From a virus, in IMG/VR virus record IMGVR_UViG_3300031918_000006, positions 51,599 to 115,598 of that record: a stretch of 64,000 bases of DNA, one strand, 5' to 3'. Of this stretch, positions 1 through 11,400 are shown in pieces. The notes beneath the pieces were generated by a model. That model had not been told where the DNA came from. It saw nothing but the letters and a program-made list of their open reading frames with translations, and ran no database searches. How positions within the stretch are numbered: the stretch's first letter is position 1; every line of letters starts with the position of its first letter. Made by a program: the position numbers and the translations under genes.

Positions 1-2
1 AT

Positions 3-3000
3 AGTTCAGAAATTCAATTCACTAATAATTTAAATAATTTTATTAATCAAGAGTTTAATAAGACTTTCTTAGAAAATAGATATAAAGATGTTACTATTGA
101 AGGTAAAGAGTCTGATATGCCTACAGTAAGATTTGAATTATCTAAAGGAGTATTTATTACAGCTAATTTAGCAAACGGTGGTATCTCAATTACAGATGGT
201 ATTAAAACTACTGATTCTAAAGCACTTGATTTTAAAATAAGTCCTATACAAGAACAAAAATTAGTAGAAATTTTAAATAAAATCTTACCCCAATTACAAT
301 TAAGAGATGATAAAGGAAATGACTTTTATTATCCTCTTTTTACTCAAGTATTTTCTCCTACTCTGGATGATCATGTAGAAGCATTAACAGCTCTAGCTAA
401 AGTGGCTGGATATGTAGCTTATACTTCATCTATGGTTAATGAAATAGGTAAAGATGGTTTATTAGGTAGTAAATGGATGAAAAATTTTGGAGCAGACAAG
501 TCACCTTATATTAAAGATGATGAGGAGTTTTCTATTGCCAGAATGTTTCCAGGTTATAGTGATATAGCTAAAAATATTGGTAAAGGACTCTCTATTATTA
601 ATGGTGAAACACATAAAGCTGTAATTAAAGTAGGTAATGTTACTGTTCCTACAATTGGAGAAGTAAGACATTTATATGCTCTTCCTAAATGGAGGAATTG
701 GTTAATCAAGCAAAATGGTAATAAATTAACTGGAATGCCTATTGCTAGTAATCTATTTATGAGAAATCCTGATTTTTTAAAAGGATTTAAAATTAGAAGT
801 TTTGTAAAATCAGGTGATAATGTGAAACATTCCTCAGAGATGGCACCACTTGAAATAGCAACTACTTTCATAATGCATGACTATATAGCAGCTGCTAATA
901 AATACAATGAAGTTTACATTCAATCTACAGTATTCGCTGATAAAAATAGCCATAATAGTGTAGTTGTAAAACTAAATGAAGAAATTCAAATCCCAGGAAT
1001 TACTAATAAAATCTCTCTCTCAAATGTAACAGCTACTGAATTAAAACAAGCTGCTTTTTTGAATAATGCTACTTATTATAAAGCTATCTCAGATAAGTTA
1101 ACTTCTACTTATATACCAGTGCTACAGACTCTATTGCCTGGGACTACAATTGAATCTACTTTACAAGGAGTTCATGATGCCATGAGCAAAGTTCAAGAAC
1201 AGGATTTTAGAAATGCTTTTTATAAACATTATAATGGAAGTGAGTATATTATTGAAGATTTAGGAATAGAAAAGAATAAAAAAGATGGCACATGTGGTTT
1301 ATCTCCTTTATTAATTTACTATACTGAAATGTATACTGATAAATCAAAAACTACTCCTGCTTTTACAAAAATGATGAAAGCTAACGAATTGCTTTTTGCT
1401 AAAAGTTTAAACTCATATAATATGAATATTGAGTACATGGATGGTAAAGGAAGTCTTAATCCTTTATTTATTCGTAAGGGTACCTCAACTATTTTTGATA
1501 CTTTAAAAATAGCAGATGAAAAAACAGGAGATAGAATTACTAAAGAGAATTTTGAAAAAAATTGGGTAGATCCTTCTACAAAATACTTAACCATTTATAA
1601 AGGAGGAGAATTAAATCCTTTGCTTAGACATTATTTTTACATGGATAACTATATTTCTGAGAATTTATCTCAAGCTAGTATGGGGACTATTCATAATCAT
1701 CCATTTAAAGGAAAAGCTAAGGCTAAACCTGGTACTTTTGAGTTCTTTACTGAAATAGAATCTGCTAAAACAGCTGCTATGTATAAAAGACAACTTCAAG
1801 GTACTCCCATGAAACCTTTGAATTTAAATTTAATCAATGGTGTACGTGAAACTATGAGTTCTGTATTTTTAACTGATATAAATAATCCAGTTTATACTAG
1901 TTTTGGAATTAAAGATAAGATGACAGTAACTGACGGTTCAGCGCAAGTAACCCCTTTACAATATATTCTACAAAACAATTCATTACTAGAAAATTCAGTT
2001 GGTCCTAATGCTAAGATGTTTAGTTTATTTATGGATCCAAAGTATAACTCATATGGTTTAACTAAATATGCAGAATTTGGTATTACTAATGAAATGATTC
2101 AAAATTCTAAAGGTTCTACTTATGATCTTATGAATTTAATAGAAAAAAGTTACAGGTATAAACCTTTTACTAGGAGTATTACTATTGAGGAATTTAATCC
2201 TAATACATTTGATTATGATAAAACTTTAGTACAATATACTCCAGATATCTTAAAAGATTTTAAGGGTAATAATATAACTATTGAAACAATTGCTCCTAAT
2301 GGATTATTCTATGTAAAAAATGATCAAGTATATGAGATTAAATCTTTAACAAGAGGTACTACTATAACTCAACCTTCTGGAGAAGTAATAGTAGCAAAAG
2401 GAGAATCAAATGATTTTCAGGTGCAGGCTATAAATTTAACCACTGGAATGGCCGAAGTTCCTAAATCTGTTAAAATAAATGATTTATTTGATTTATGGCA
2501 AGCTTTGGGGGCCGAAAATTCAGTATCTATTGATAAAGAAGGACAATATTCTGGTAGTAGAAATCCTGGAGAGACATTAAACTTTACTGAATCTGATGCT
2601 TCTCATTATGCTTTAGCAGAATTTGTAAATAGAGTAGGCCATAAAATGGATTCTAATCAAAAGGTTAATTTAATCAATAAATATGGTTTAAGAGATCTAT
2701 CAGATCCACATACTAATGCTATATACTCTAAAGAAACTGAGGCTAATTTTGTAAAATTATTTCCAGAGTTTAAAGTAAATAAAACTGACTTTAAAGTACA
2801 CAATCAGACAAATACATGGCAACCTTTAAAAGCAATGTTCATTGGAAAATATATCCACACATCTGCACAAAAGTCAGGTGCTATAAATGTGCATAATATC
2901 GATGATGTGTATAACCAAACAAAACCAATTTATCCAGTAGATGTTCCAGCAATTTCTACAGGATTACTTATGACTACAGAGCATGAAGTAGAAGGCTCAG

Positions 3001-5951
3001 AGATCACTAAAATGACTCAAATCTATAGTGCTATAGAATTTATGGGTGATTCACATAATGTGTCTAGTGGGGTTTATAATGCCATTGCTGACGTCTTAAA
3101 TATTAAACTTAAATCTTTATTTGATGCTACTGAATTCCAAAATGTAAATAAAGAGGCATTATATAAAGAAGTTACTGACAATTTGATTCGCACATTTAAC
3201 TCTAAAGACCAACAATCTATTGGTAAGTTCATTGGACAGATGGTAGAAAGAAATTCAGACGAGATAAAAGCATTTACAGCTCAAGCCAAAGAAGCCGAAG
3301 CTATCACAGAAGATGCTACAGGTGAAGAGCCTGGAGTAGCTAGTACTATGAGTATGAGTATAGTTAGAGATGGTAAAAGAATGCCTTTTAGTACTTATAT
3401 GTACAGTTCTTTTATATCTCTTATGAGTAATTTTTTAAATAAAGAGGCTATTAAAGATAAACAGTCTGGCATTGCCTCTCCTATTAAACCTTCTGGAGGT
3501 ATGCTTCAAGTGTATGATTCAGAAGATATTAATGGTAAAAAAGATGTACTTTTAAGAAAAAATTACGATAAATTAAATGCTGCTGAAAATATAGTGGAAG
3601 CCCCAATTACTATTGGAGAGATTTCTTTAAATGATTGGGTAAGAGAAAGTGATGGTAAAACTATGAAAGAGTATCAAGTAAATACTCCAGAAAAGTTAAT
3701 TGCACTTAAAAGAAAGGATACAGGAGAATCTGTTCCAGTTCAAACTTTTAAAGGATTTTGGACAAGAGGTACAGTACAAAATGATACTAATAATGTTTAT
3801 CTATTTGGCGATAATACTAACGATAGGATGGTTACTAAATATATTCCTGGGGCAACCCAAGCTGTTATTAGAGGACTTCCTAATGCTATAGGAATTGATA
3901 CAAAGAGAGATAGAGGTACTACAAGTAAATCATTCTTAACAGATGCTGATCTTCCTTGGTTTAAATCACATGTAGACGAGCAATTAAAGAAAGCACAAGC
4001 TTTAGGTAAACCTATTATCCTTCCAGAAGATGGAATTGGAACTGGAAAAGCTATGTTAAAAGAGAAAGCTCCTGCATTATTTGCATACTTAAATGAGGCT
4101 CTATCTAAATTAGAAACAACTAAACCTTCAAAAGTAAAATTTGTAAAATTATATGGTAAACCAAGAGATTTACAACCACCACTTTTAACTTTTAAAGTTA
4201 TAGGTAAAGGAATGAAAGAATCTCCTATGTCTATTTATGAATTACCTGATTTTGCAATGGTTTATGACTATAAAGAAATTTTGGAAGATAAAAAACCCAT
4301 GACTGCAGAGTTAGGTTCTTTTTTAACTAAGAGATTTCCAGGAGAAAATATTGAGAAATTAATGAAGAATACCAAATTAGTAAACAATGCTTTACGAGTT
4401 AATATTCAAAGTATTTTTAATAGAATTGATACTCAACATAATGTCTTAATTAACGGAAAAGAGTATCCAGTAGAAGTGTTAACACGTTCTTCTGGGGAAG
4501 CCATTGGCCCAAATATTTATAGAACTATGTTTGACTTACCTAAGGGAACTTCAGTTAATCAAGTTACTGAAGATTTCTTATTTCAAAGAATGTATGATAA
4601 ATCTAAACCTGCTATCAATGATAAAAGTTGTTATGCTTACGTACAGAATCCAAATGGAAATCATATCTACATTTTTAATAAAGTTCCAACTGAATTTACA
4701 GAATATACTCAAGGTAAACAGATAAAAGAAATTAATGGACAGTATTGGGTAGTAGATGGTAATGGTGATCCCAGATATATAGCCCCATCAGGTCTTACAG
4801 GTACAGCACTTATTGGTGGAAAAAGAGTAGAAGTAATTGTCACTAATGATTTACCAAGTCTTCAAAAAACTCTTCAAGAGACTAAAAATTATGACAAAAG
4901 TTTACAAACTGGTAGAATTTATAATGTCAACGAAAATAATGATGCTATTCTTAAAGAAGAGTGTGCTATTCTAGCTAAAAAAAGATTTTCTAGTTTTAGA
5001 ACCACTTTAAATTATATTGCAGCACGTATTCCCGGACAAGGTTTCCAATCATTTACTGATTTAAAACTTGTAGACTTTATTCATACAGAAGGTAATACAG
5101 TTATGACTAACCATTTTACTTCCTGGTTAAAAGGAGAGGATTATGATATTGATAAAGGATTCTGGCTTGGATTAACTCTTAAAAATGGAATTGTAGTAGG
5201 TTGGGCTAATGAATTTGATTATAGCTCAGAAGAATCTCTTATAGCTTCTATGTCTCTGCCTTATCCTGATAAAAAATGGAGAAGTTTAGACACAGAAGAT
5301 AGTATTGATGATCCTGCAGAAGTTACACTTACTAACGAAGAAGTAGATAGCCTATTTGAAGAAAATATGTCCAAATTACGTAGTGATACTTTAGTTAAAT
5401 TAGGTAATATTGATAATTATAATTTCTTAGGAGAAAATCACACAGCTTATGAAGTACAAGAAAAAGTTAATGAATACTTTATGCAAACTATACCTTTAAA
5501 TGCTATGGAAGATGCTGTTAAGAATAAAATGGCTTGGGGTATTAGAGATGCTGTAGTTAAACCTGTAAACTTAAATCATACAGAGTCTCCTATTGGAATG
5601 GAAGAACTTAGAGATGAAGCCACGGAAGCTAATAGAGTTGTAAGTAATAATAATCCAATGAGTAAGGCTGATTTTCAATATGCAAACATGGTTGGTAAGA
5701 ATGTAATTGGTATTGCAGCTGTTGCATTAAAGATTTGGAGTGCTGCTTCTTTCTACGGAAATGATAAAGTAAAAAAGGGAGAATTTGCTTCTATATTAAT
5801 GGATAAAAATCTCAAAATTAACGGAAAAAATCGTTATATTGCGAGCCAAGCAAACCTTAACTTTAGTGCGAAGGCTTCTACTGTAATTACAGATGAATAT
5901 ATTGCTGATCAAGTAGGTAAAAATAATATTGAGGAAAATTGTAATGGATAA
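3..5951 (+). CDS. Virion-packaged double-psi-beta-barrel RNA polymerase of crAss-like phage, catalytic part (5'-partial)
   Basis: Frame is open from base 3, so the true start is upstream of the window. Has ARIPGQ followed by the catalytic DxDxD loop GEDYDIDK (5139-5153), plus TDGSAQ and SAQKSG motifs typical of crAss-like RNAPs. Ends ...EENCNG. Confidence 0.9.
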   Translation, partial: SSEIQFTNNLNNFINQEFNKTFLENRYKDVTIEGKESDMPTVRFELSKGVFITANLANGGISITDGIKTTDSKALDFKISPIQEQKLVEILNKILPQLQLRDDKGNDFYYPLFTQVFSPTLDDHVEALTALAKVAGYVAYTSSMVNEIGKDGLLGSKWMKNFGADKSPYIKDDEEFSIARMFPGYSDIAKNIGKGLSIINGETHKAVIKVGNVTVPTIGEVRHLYALPKWRNWLIKQNGNKLTGMPIASNLFMRNPDFLKGFKIRSFVKSGDNVKHSSEMAPLEIATTFIMHDYIAAANKYNEVYIQSTVFADKNSHNSVVVKLNEEIQIPGITNKISLSNVTATELKQAAFLNNATYYKAISDKLTSTYIPVLQTLLPGTTIESTLQGVHDAMSKVQEQDFRNAFYKHYNGSEYIIEDLGIEKNKKDGTCGLSPLLIYYTEMYTDKSKTTPAFTKMMKANELLFAKSLNSYNMNIEYMDGKGSLNPLFIRKGTSTIFDTLKIADEKTGDRITKENFEKNWVDPSTKYLTIYKGGELNPLLRHYFYMDNYISENLSQASMGTIHNHPFKGKAKAKPGTFEFFTEIESAKTAAMYKRQLQGTPMKPLNLNLINGVRETMSSVFLTDINNPVYTSFGIKDKMTVTDGSAQVTPLQYILQNNSLLENSVGPNAKMFSLFMDPKYNSYGLTKYAEFGITNEMIQNSKGSTYDLMNLIEKSYRYKPFTRSITIEEFNPNTFDYDKTLVQYTPDILKDFKGNNITIETIAPNGLFYVKNDQVYEIKSLTRGTTITQPSGEVIVAKGESNDFQVQAINLTTGMAEVPKSVKINDLFDLWQALGAENSVSIDKEGQYSGSRNPGETLNFTESDASHYALAEFVNRVGHKMDSNQKVNLINKYGLRDLSDPHTNAIYSKETEANFVKLFPEFKVNKTDFKVHNQTNTWQPLKAMFIGKYIHTSAQKSGAINVHNIDDVYNQTKPIYPVDVPAISTGLLMTTEHEVEGSEITKMTQIYSAIEFMGDSHNVSSGVYNAIADVLNIKLKSLFDATEFQNVNKEALYKEVTDNLIRTFNSKDQQSIGKFIGQMVERNSDEIKAFTAQAKEAEAITEDATGEEPGVASTMSMSIVRDGKRMPFSTYMYSSFISLMSNFLNKEAIKDKQSGIASPIKPSGGMLQVYDSEDINGKKDVLLRKNYDKLNAAENIVEAPITIGEISLNDWVRESDGKTMKEYQVNTPEKLIALKRKDTGESVPVQTFKGFWTRGTVQNDTNNVYLFGDNTNDRMVTKYIPGATQAVIRGLPNAIGIDTKRDRGTTSKSFLTDADLPWFKSHVDEQLKKAQALGKPIILPEDGIGTGKAMLKEKAPALFAYLNEALSKLETTKPSKVKFVKLYGKPRDLQPPLLTFKVIGKGMKESPMSIYELPDFAMVYDYKEILEDKKPMTAELGSFLTKRFPGENIEKLMKNTKLVNNALRVNIQSIFNRIDTQHNVLINGKEYPVEVLTRSSGEAIGPNIYRTMFDLPKGTSVNQVTEDFLFQRMYDKSKPAINDKSCYAYVQNPNGNHIYIFNKVPTEFTEYTQGKQIKEINGQYWVVDGNGDPRYIAPSGLTGTALIGGKRVEVIVTNDLPSLQKTLQETKNYDKSLQTGRIYNVNENNDAILKEECAILAKKRFSSFRTTLNYIAARIPGQGFQSFTDLKLVDFIHTEGNTVMTNHFTSWLKGEDYDIDKGFWLGLTLKNGIVVGWANEFDYSSEESLIASMSLPYPDKKWRSLDTEDSIDDPAEVTLTNEEVDSLFEENMSKLRSDTLVKLGNIDNYNFLGENHTAYEVQEKVNEYFMQTIPLNAMEDAVKNKMAWGIRDAVVKPVNLNHTESPIGMEELRDEATEANRVVSNNNPMSKADFQYANMVGKNVIGIAAVALKIWSAASFYGNDKVKKGEFASILMDKNLKINGKNRYIASQANLNFSAKASTVITDEYIADQVGKNNIEENCNG

Positions 5952-8451
5952 AGGATGTATACATACATACAAAGGCGTAGAATATAGGAATTATCAAGAT
6001 TTAAAAAATGCATTAATTGAGGAGCAGAGTAGTCACTACTTTGCTCCTTTTATGGCTGCAGTTTTAGAAAAATTAAAGAATAATCCCGATATAACGGGCG
6101 TGCAAGAGATTGAAAAGGTCGTGAAAGAAATTTCTGATCAATTTATGTTGAAAGAAGATGTTAGTTTAACTTTGAGTCAGTTATTAAGTGCTGCTACTGA
6201 TAATGCTAAAGAATTAATCTTAGCTAAAATTAATGCAGGACCTGAAACTGCTGGAGTTTATGCATACTTAACCATGTTAGGAGTTCCTTTTAAAGAAATT
6301 GCTCAAATGATGAAGAGTGATGCAGTTAAATGGGTTATTGAGAATTCTCGTAAAAATATTTTTGATAAACAAACTGATTTTAATAGTATTAAAAGTTCTA
6401 TTAAAGAGTTTGAAAATGGCCCTAACGTATATAAATATTTAGATTTTGATAGGGCCAATATTTTTTCTAATATTCTAAGAGATAGTTTAAAAAATAGTAC
6501 TTTTTTAGGAGCACTTCCTTATGGTAATATATTTAAAGATCCCGAAGTAATTAAGATTCTCTCTAATACTGATAAAAAGAAAGGCCCAGTCGTAAAAATG
6601 CATTCTATAGGTGCTTTAATGTCTCCTATAGATATTACAAGTAAAGTTGGAGATACAATAGTAACTAAATCTTTAGATTTTAATATTTCTAGAGAAGATA
6701 TTAGTGAATTTTACAAAACTTTGCAAGAAGGTAATTTTATAAAAGAGTCATATGAACCTGTAGTTAATAAATATACAGAAGACGAGGATATGGATATGGG
6801 TTGGGAAGATGGTGAAATTAGAAGTAATAAAATTCCTGTAAAAATTGAGGTATCTAGATTTATACAAAAAATGATAGAATATTTAGATAAAGCTCCAGAA
6901 GGAGACATATCTGAATTTGCTAATATTATGGAAGATTCAAAAGAAGTTCTTATCTTAGGTAGAATGCTTTCTATAAATCAAGGTATTAAAACTGATAGTT
7001 ACTCTCAATATGCTTTTTTTCAGAGAGTTACTGATTATATAATTGAAAAAAGCAAAGGTAAAATGTCTTTAGAAACTCCAGAGAAAATGATGTCTGAGAT
7101 GATGGAAGAAATGCCTACTCATAGAGTAGACCCTAAATTTTTAGAAGAAGTTATGAAAAGATTCGATTTTAAAAAATTTTTAGGGATAGGTTTAACACAA
7201 GAAGACGCTACTATTTATAGAGAAACTAGTAAATTGTGGTATAATAAGATTAAATCCTCCTTTAATATTTTAGCTATTGTCTCTGATACTCCCCATTTTA
7301 ATGCAATGCTAGGAGTTTCCTCTTTAATGGAAAATATGAAAAGCATGCTCTCAGTTAAAGCAAAATTAGTTGATAAATTAATTAAAGATGTTTATGATAA
7401 ACATATTATAGCTTCAGATTTAACTGAGGAACAGATGGAGTATAAAACAATTGCTGATAAGGACTATTTTAAAATTATGGATTTTGCAAATGATTCTATT
7501 ATATTAAAGTGGATTCGTTCTTTAGACGACTCTAAGAGAATTTTTGCACATGATTCAAATACTTATCACACTATTGTTGATAATAAGATTGTTAAAGTTA
7601 CTGAAGAAAATAGGGAGAGATATCCACGTAAAATTGATGTTAGTAGTGCTGAGGGAAGACTAGATTTTATAGACATGGTTCATGAGATGATGTCTGTGTT
7701 AAAAGATGGAAAATTCTTAGTTAATGGTGAGTATAAAGAACATCCTCTTCTAAAAAACAATGCTTTTATACATTCATTCGATATTGATAAGAAAAGAGAT
7801 CCTTTAACTGGTAAAAACAATAAGTTCTATAAGCTTCCTATGAATATATTAAATGTAAATGAAGCTAATACTCATAAGTTTAATAGTTACTTAATTGGAT
7901 TTTCAGACTTAGCTAAAATTGAGTATAATGGAGTTAATATACAGAATTTATTATTCTTATATAATACTTTTATTCACAGGGATAAAATTAATAGAGACTC
8001 TTTAACAAAATTGTTTGAATCTTCTACCTCTGGTATTGAACATACTATGATGGGTGATTTTATTAAATGGGCTGGAGATTTTGATTGGAATGAAAAAGAA
8101 TTACAATCTTTATCCGAATCTAAAGAGTATGATTATGATATAGACGATATTATAATTAAAGGATTGGCTACTAAGATCTTCTCAAAAAACTTGGATAGAA
8201 ATGTAGGAAAATATGCTTATGCAGTCTTGTATAATGCTTCTACAGGAGAGTCTACAAAGCAATATTATGAGTGGAACAATAGTGCTAGTACTTATCAAAA
8301 ATATGATCACTTTAGTAGTGATTTAGCAATAGCTTCTAGTGCGGGATCACAAATTGGAGTACAAAGAGGAAATGCAAATGACTTTAATGCTACTTTAAGA
8401 GAAATCTCAAATAGAGGAATAATAATAAACAATGTAAAAATAGAATGTTAA
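5944..8451 (+). CDS. RNA polymerase C-terminal part (split subunit), virion protein
   Basis: SQLLSAATDNAKELILAKINA is a motif I recognise from downstream of the DxDxD loop in crAss RNAPs. Likely start is ATG 5944 (MDKGC...), overlapping the upstream stop, with GAGGA upstream. Confidence 0.75.
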   Translation: MDKGCIHTYKGVEYRNYQDLKNALIEEQSSHYFAPFMAAVLEKLKNNPDITGVQEIEKVVKEISDQFMLKEDVSLTLSQLLSAATDNAKELILAKINAGPETAGVYAYLTMLGVPFKEIAQMMKSDAVKWVIENSRKNIFDKQTDFNSIKSSIKEFENGPNVYKYLDFDRANIFSNILRDSLKNSTFLGALPYGNIFKDPEVIKILSNTDKKKGPVVKMHSIGALMSPIDITSKVGDTIVTKSLDFNISREDISEFYKTLQEGNFIKESYEPVVNKYTEDEDMDMGWEDGEIRSNKIPVKIEVSRFIQKMIEYLDKAPEGDISEFANIMEDSKEVLILGRMLSINQGIKTDSYSQYAFFQRVTDYIIEKSKGKMSLETPEKMMSEMMEEMPTHRVDPKFLEEVMKRFDFKKFLGIGLTQEDATIYRETSKLWYNKIKSSFNILAIVSDTPHFNAMLGVSSLMENMKSMLSVKAKLVDKLIKDVYDKHIIASDLTEEQMEYKTIADKDYFKIMDFANDSIILKWIRSLDDSKRIFAHDSNTYHTIVDNKIVKVTEENRERYPRKIDVSSAEGRLDFIDMVHEMMSVLKDGKFLVNGEYKEHPLLKNNAFIHSFDIDKKRDPLTGKNNKFYKLPMNILNVNEANTHKFNSYLIGFSDLAKIEYNGVNIQNLLFLYNTFIHRDKINRDSLTKLFESSTSGIEHTMMGDFIKWAGDFDWNEKELQSLSESKEYDYDIDDIIIKGLATKIFSKNLDRNVGKYAYAVLYNASTGESTKQYYEWNNSASTYQKYDHFSSDLAIASSAGSQIGVQRGNANDFNATLREISNRGIIINNVKIEC

Positions 8452-8452
8452 C

Positions 8453-11400
8453 ATGGCATGTACACTAACGTTCACTTTAGGTGGAATAAAATATAATATA
8501 CCTGCAGAAGGTAATCTTGCTGATTATGACGGAAAAAACCTCACAGATATATTAGGATCTTTAGATTCTCATACACAAATTAATTTATTAGAGAATATTT
8601 TAAAATATTCTAACATTCAGCCGTATGATTATGAAGAAAATCCAACTGTAACTAATTTAATAGCTTCTAATAATATTCCGAATATTAGTGTAAGCAAGTT
8701 AACAGAAAAATTAGGAGATTTAGTTTTACCTGATGGATCTAATCATTTTAAATTACGTCAAGTAGTTTTAAGTATGTTAAATGAAAAGACTGATAAAATA
8801 TCTTTAGTTTCTGCACAAATCACAGATGGTTCCAAAAAAGGACATGGAGTATTTATTTCACAAACTGGAAGTATCTATGTGCATGCTAAACCTAATGATA
8901 AAATTGATACTCTTGAGGATTATTTTTTAGGAAAGGATAGCAAAGTCTTACTAGAACGTCTTGCTCATGAATTAACTCATAGTAAATTAGATGCATTAAT
9001 GGTTAATCAACCAGAACTTGCCAAGGAATTAGTTGAGGAATGGAATTCAAAAAAAGGAGGATTATCTGATGAATTTAAGAGTATTAAAAGTAGTATTGAC
9101 AAGTTAAAAACAAATGAAGCAAAAGCAAACGAAATTATTGCTTATTACTTTAGTGATTTCCAATTACAAGGGGCTTATCAAAGTAAAACACTAGAAGATG
9201 CTTTTAAAAGTATGGTTTCAAATATAATTCCATTAGAAACAATAGTTTCTACTTCTACTCCTGGCTATTTTGATTCTTCCAATCCATATGAGGATTATGA
9301 CCATTCTAGATATAAGAATCATTGGGATGATCCTGTTTGGCAATATAGACATCCTGAATTAGAACCTCCATTCACAGGAGATACTAATGCTTCTCTTCAA
9401 AAAATGGTTGCAGAGATAGATCCAACTTCTGAGAATTACCAAGCAGATAAAGCTAAACAAATCTTAGCTAGATTTAATGCTAATACCTCTGATATTCAAG
9501 AAAATTCTGAATTTAAATACCAGAAATATGATGTTTCTTATGGAGCACCTATTGTTATTGATGATTTTAATAGAGATATTCAAATCTTAAGATTAGCAGA
9601 AAATGACTTGGTATTAGTAAGTAAAGATATCTTCCTAAATCCCAAAACAAAAGAATGGGAAGCTAGGCCTACTAAAAAAGGTGAGGAAAAGTCTTCATAT
9701 CGTCCTGTTATTAGTACTTATATTAATGCTAATAATGAAGTAATGATTAATCTACCTATTAAAGATGGTAGTGGTAAAACATATTCTCTACCAGCTAAGT
9801 TTGTAGAAAGTTTACGTAAATATGATGGAGATTTAATAGATACTCCTTATAATAAAGAAAAAGCTAAAGAATATGCAGATTGGATGGTTGCTAATGTAAA
9901 TTCAGCATATGGTGATGATCCTGCCGATAGTTCTATAATTAGAACTATAGATATTACTTCTAAAACTGGAAAAAGCTTTCAAATTTCAGTGGCTTCTAAC
10001 TATGAATCTTATGGATTTAAATTTTATAACCAAGAATCTGCTAGAGAAATCTATGATGGAGCTGAAGTTGGAGATGTAGTTAAAGTGTTTATAAAAGAAA
10101 AAGGAGATAAGAAAGCGGGAGGATATCGCGCTAAAATACTACGTAAATTTGGAAACTCAGTTGAAGTAGTTACTTCTAAAGGTGCTGTACTTATTGTAAA
10201 ACCCTCTGCTATCAATGAGGTAATCTATTTAAAAGAAAATCATCCAGACTTTTTATCACAAGTAGAAAATATTGATAAAGGGACTATTAGCCAAGATCTT
10301 ATTGATGATGGTAATAGTCAATTTAGAAAATATCGTAAAGTAAATTTTGTATCACAAAATAAAAAAGATGGGGAATTTCAAGATAAGATTAATGATTATT
10401 TTGATATTTATTCAAAAGAAGATTCTGCTATTAAAGTAGAGAGACGTCGCGCTGAAGTTAAAAAACTTAAAGCCGGAGATCTTATAAAGGTTAAATGGTA
10501 TTACACAGATACAAAAACTAAAGAAGATAGAGAAGTGTCACACTGGTATCCAGTAGTTACTAAAACCTCTGATTTAGTTTACTATTACAATTCTACTTCT
10601 GAGAAAGTATCTTCTGTGAATATTTTAGATGGTAAAGGATATGAAATCTATGGATTAGCTATAAATAATACAAATTCTTCTAAATTATTTGATGAATTTA
10701 ATGAAATCAGAAAAAGTATAGAAGGATTACGTAGAGATGATACTGGTACATTACTCTCAGATGATGCTATTAAAAATAACTTAGGAGAAGCTCTTAGAAA
10801 TGCAGAACCATCTAGTTTACAAGACATTTATCATATCACAGAAATAGAAGATGTAGATGAAGTAGCAGCTGGAGAAGATAATGACCTTAAATTATCAGTA
10901 TCTCAAGTACAAAGAGGTAGTATTGTTAAAGCCTATGTATTTGATATAGATGAAGAAGGTAGAGACAAAAAAACTAAAATTTATAAATGGTTTGTAGTAA
11001 CTGGCTTTGATGAAAACACTGGAAGACCTATATGTGTTACACAAACTAAAGATAAAAATGGTAAAACTGGTGTATATAAAGAATATCCAATTGAATTTCA
11101 GAATATTAAAGCAATAGGTCATAGATTAACTGATAATGCTGATTTAGGAATTTATGGAAATAAAACTCTAAAAGAATACTTAGATAAGTTAAGAAAAACT
11201 TTTGATACTATTAGTGAACCTATTTTTATTACTCAAGCTGAAACTCCTAAATATGAGAGATCAAATAGAACTTTTAACACAGCTTTATATGGTTTACTTA
11301 AAAACGGAAAGATGGGTTATGCAGTGTCTGATAAATATGTAATAGAACAATTTAAAGATAAGACTGATTTTGAAGAATGGAAGAAAAATACACCAGAAGC

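Noticed and set aside
8120-8150. Second RNAP catalytic motif (EYDYDIDD) in the 5944-8451 protein
   Set aside because: Lacks the preceding R-x-P context and lies in an acidic stretch; likely coincidental.
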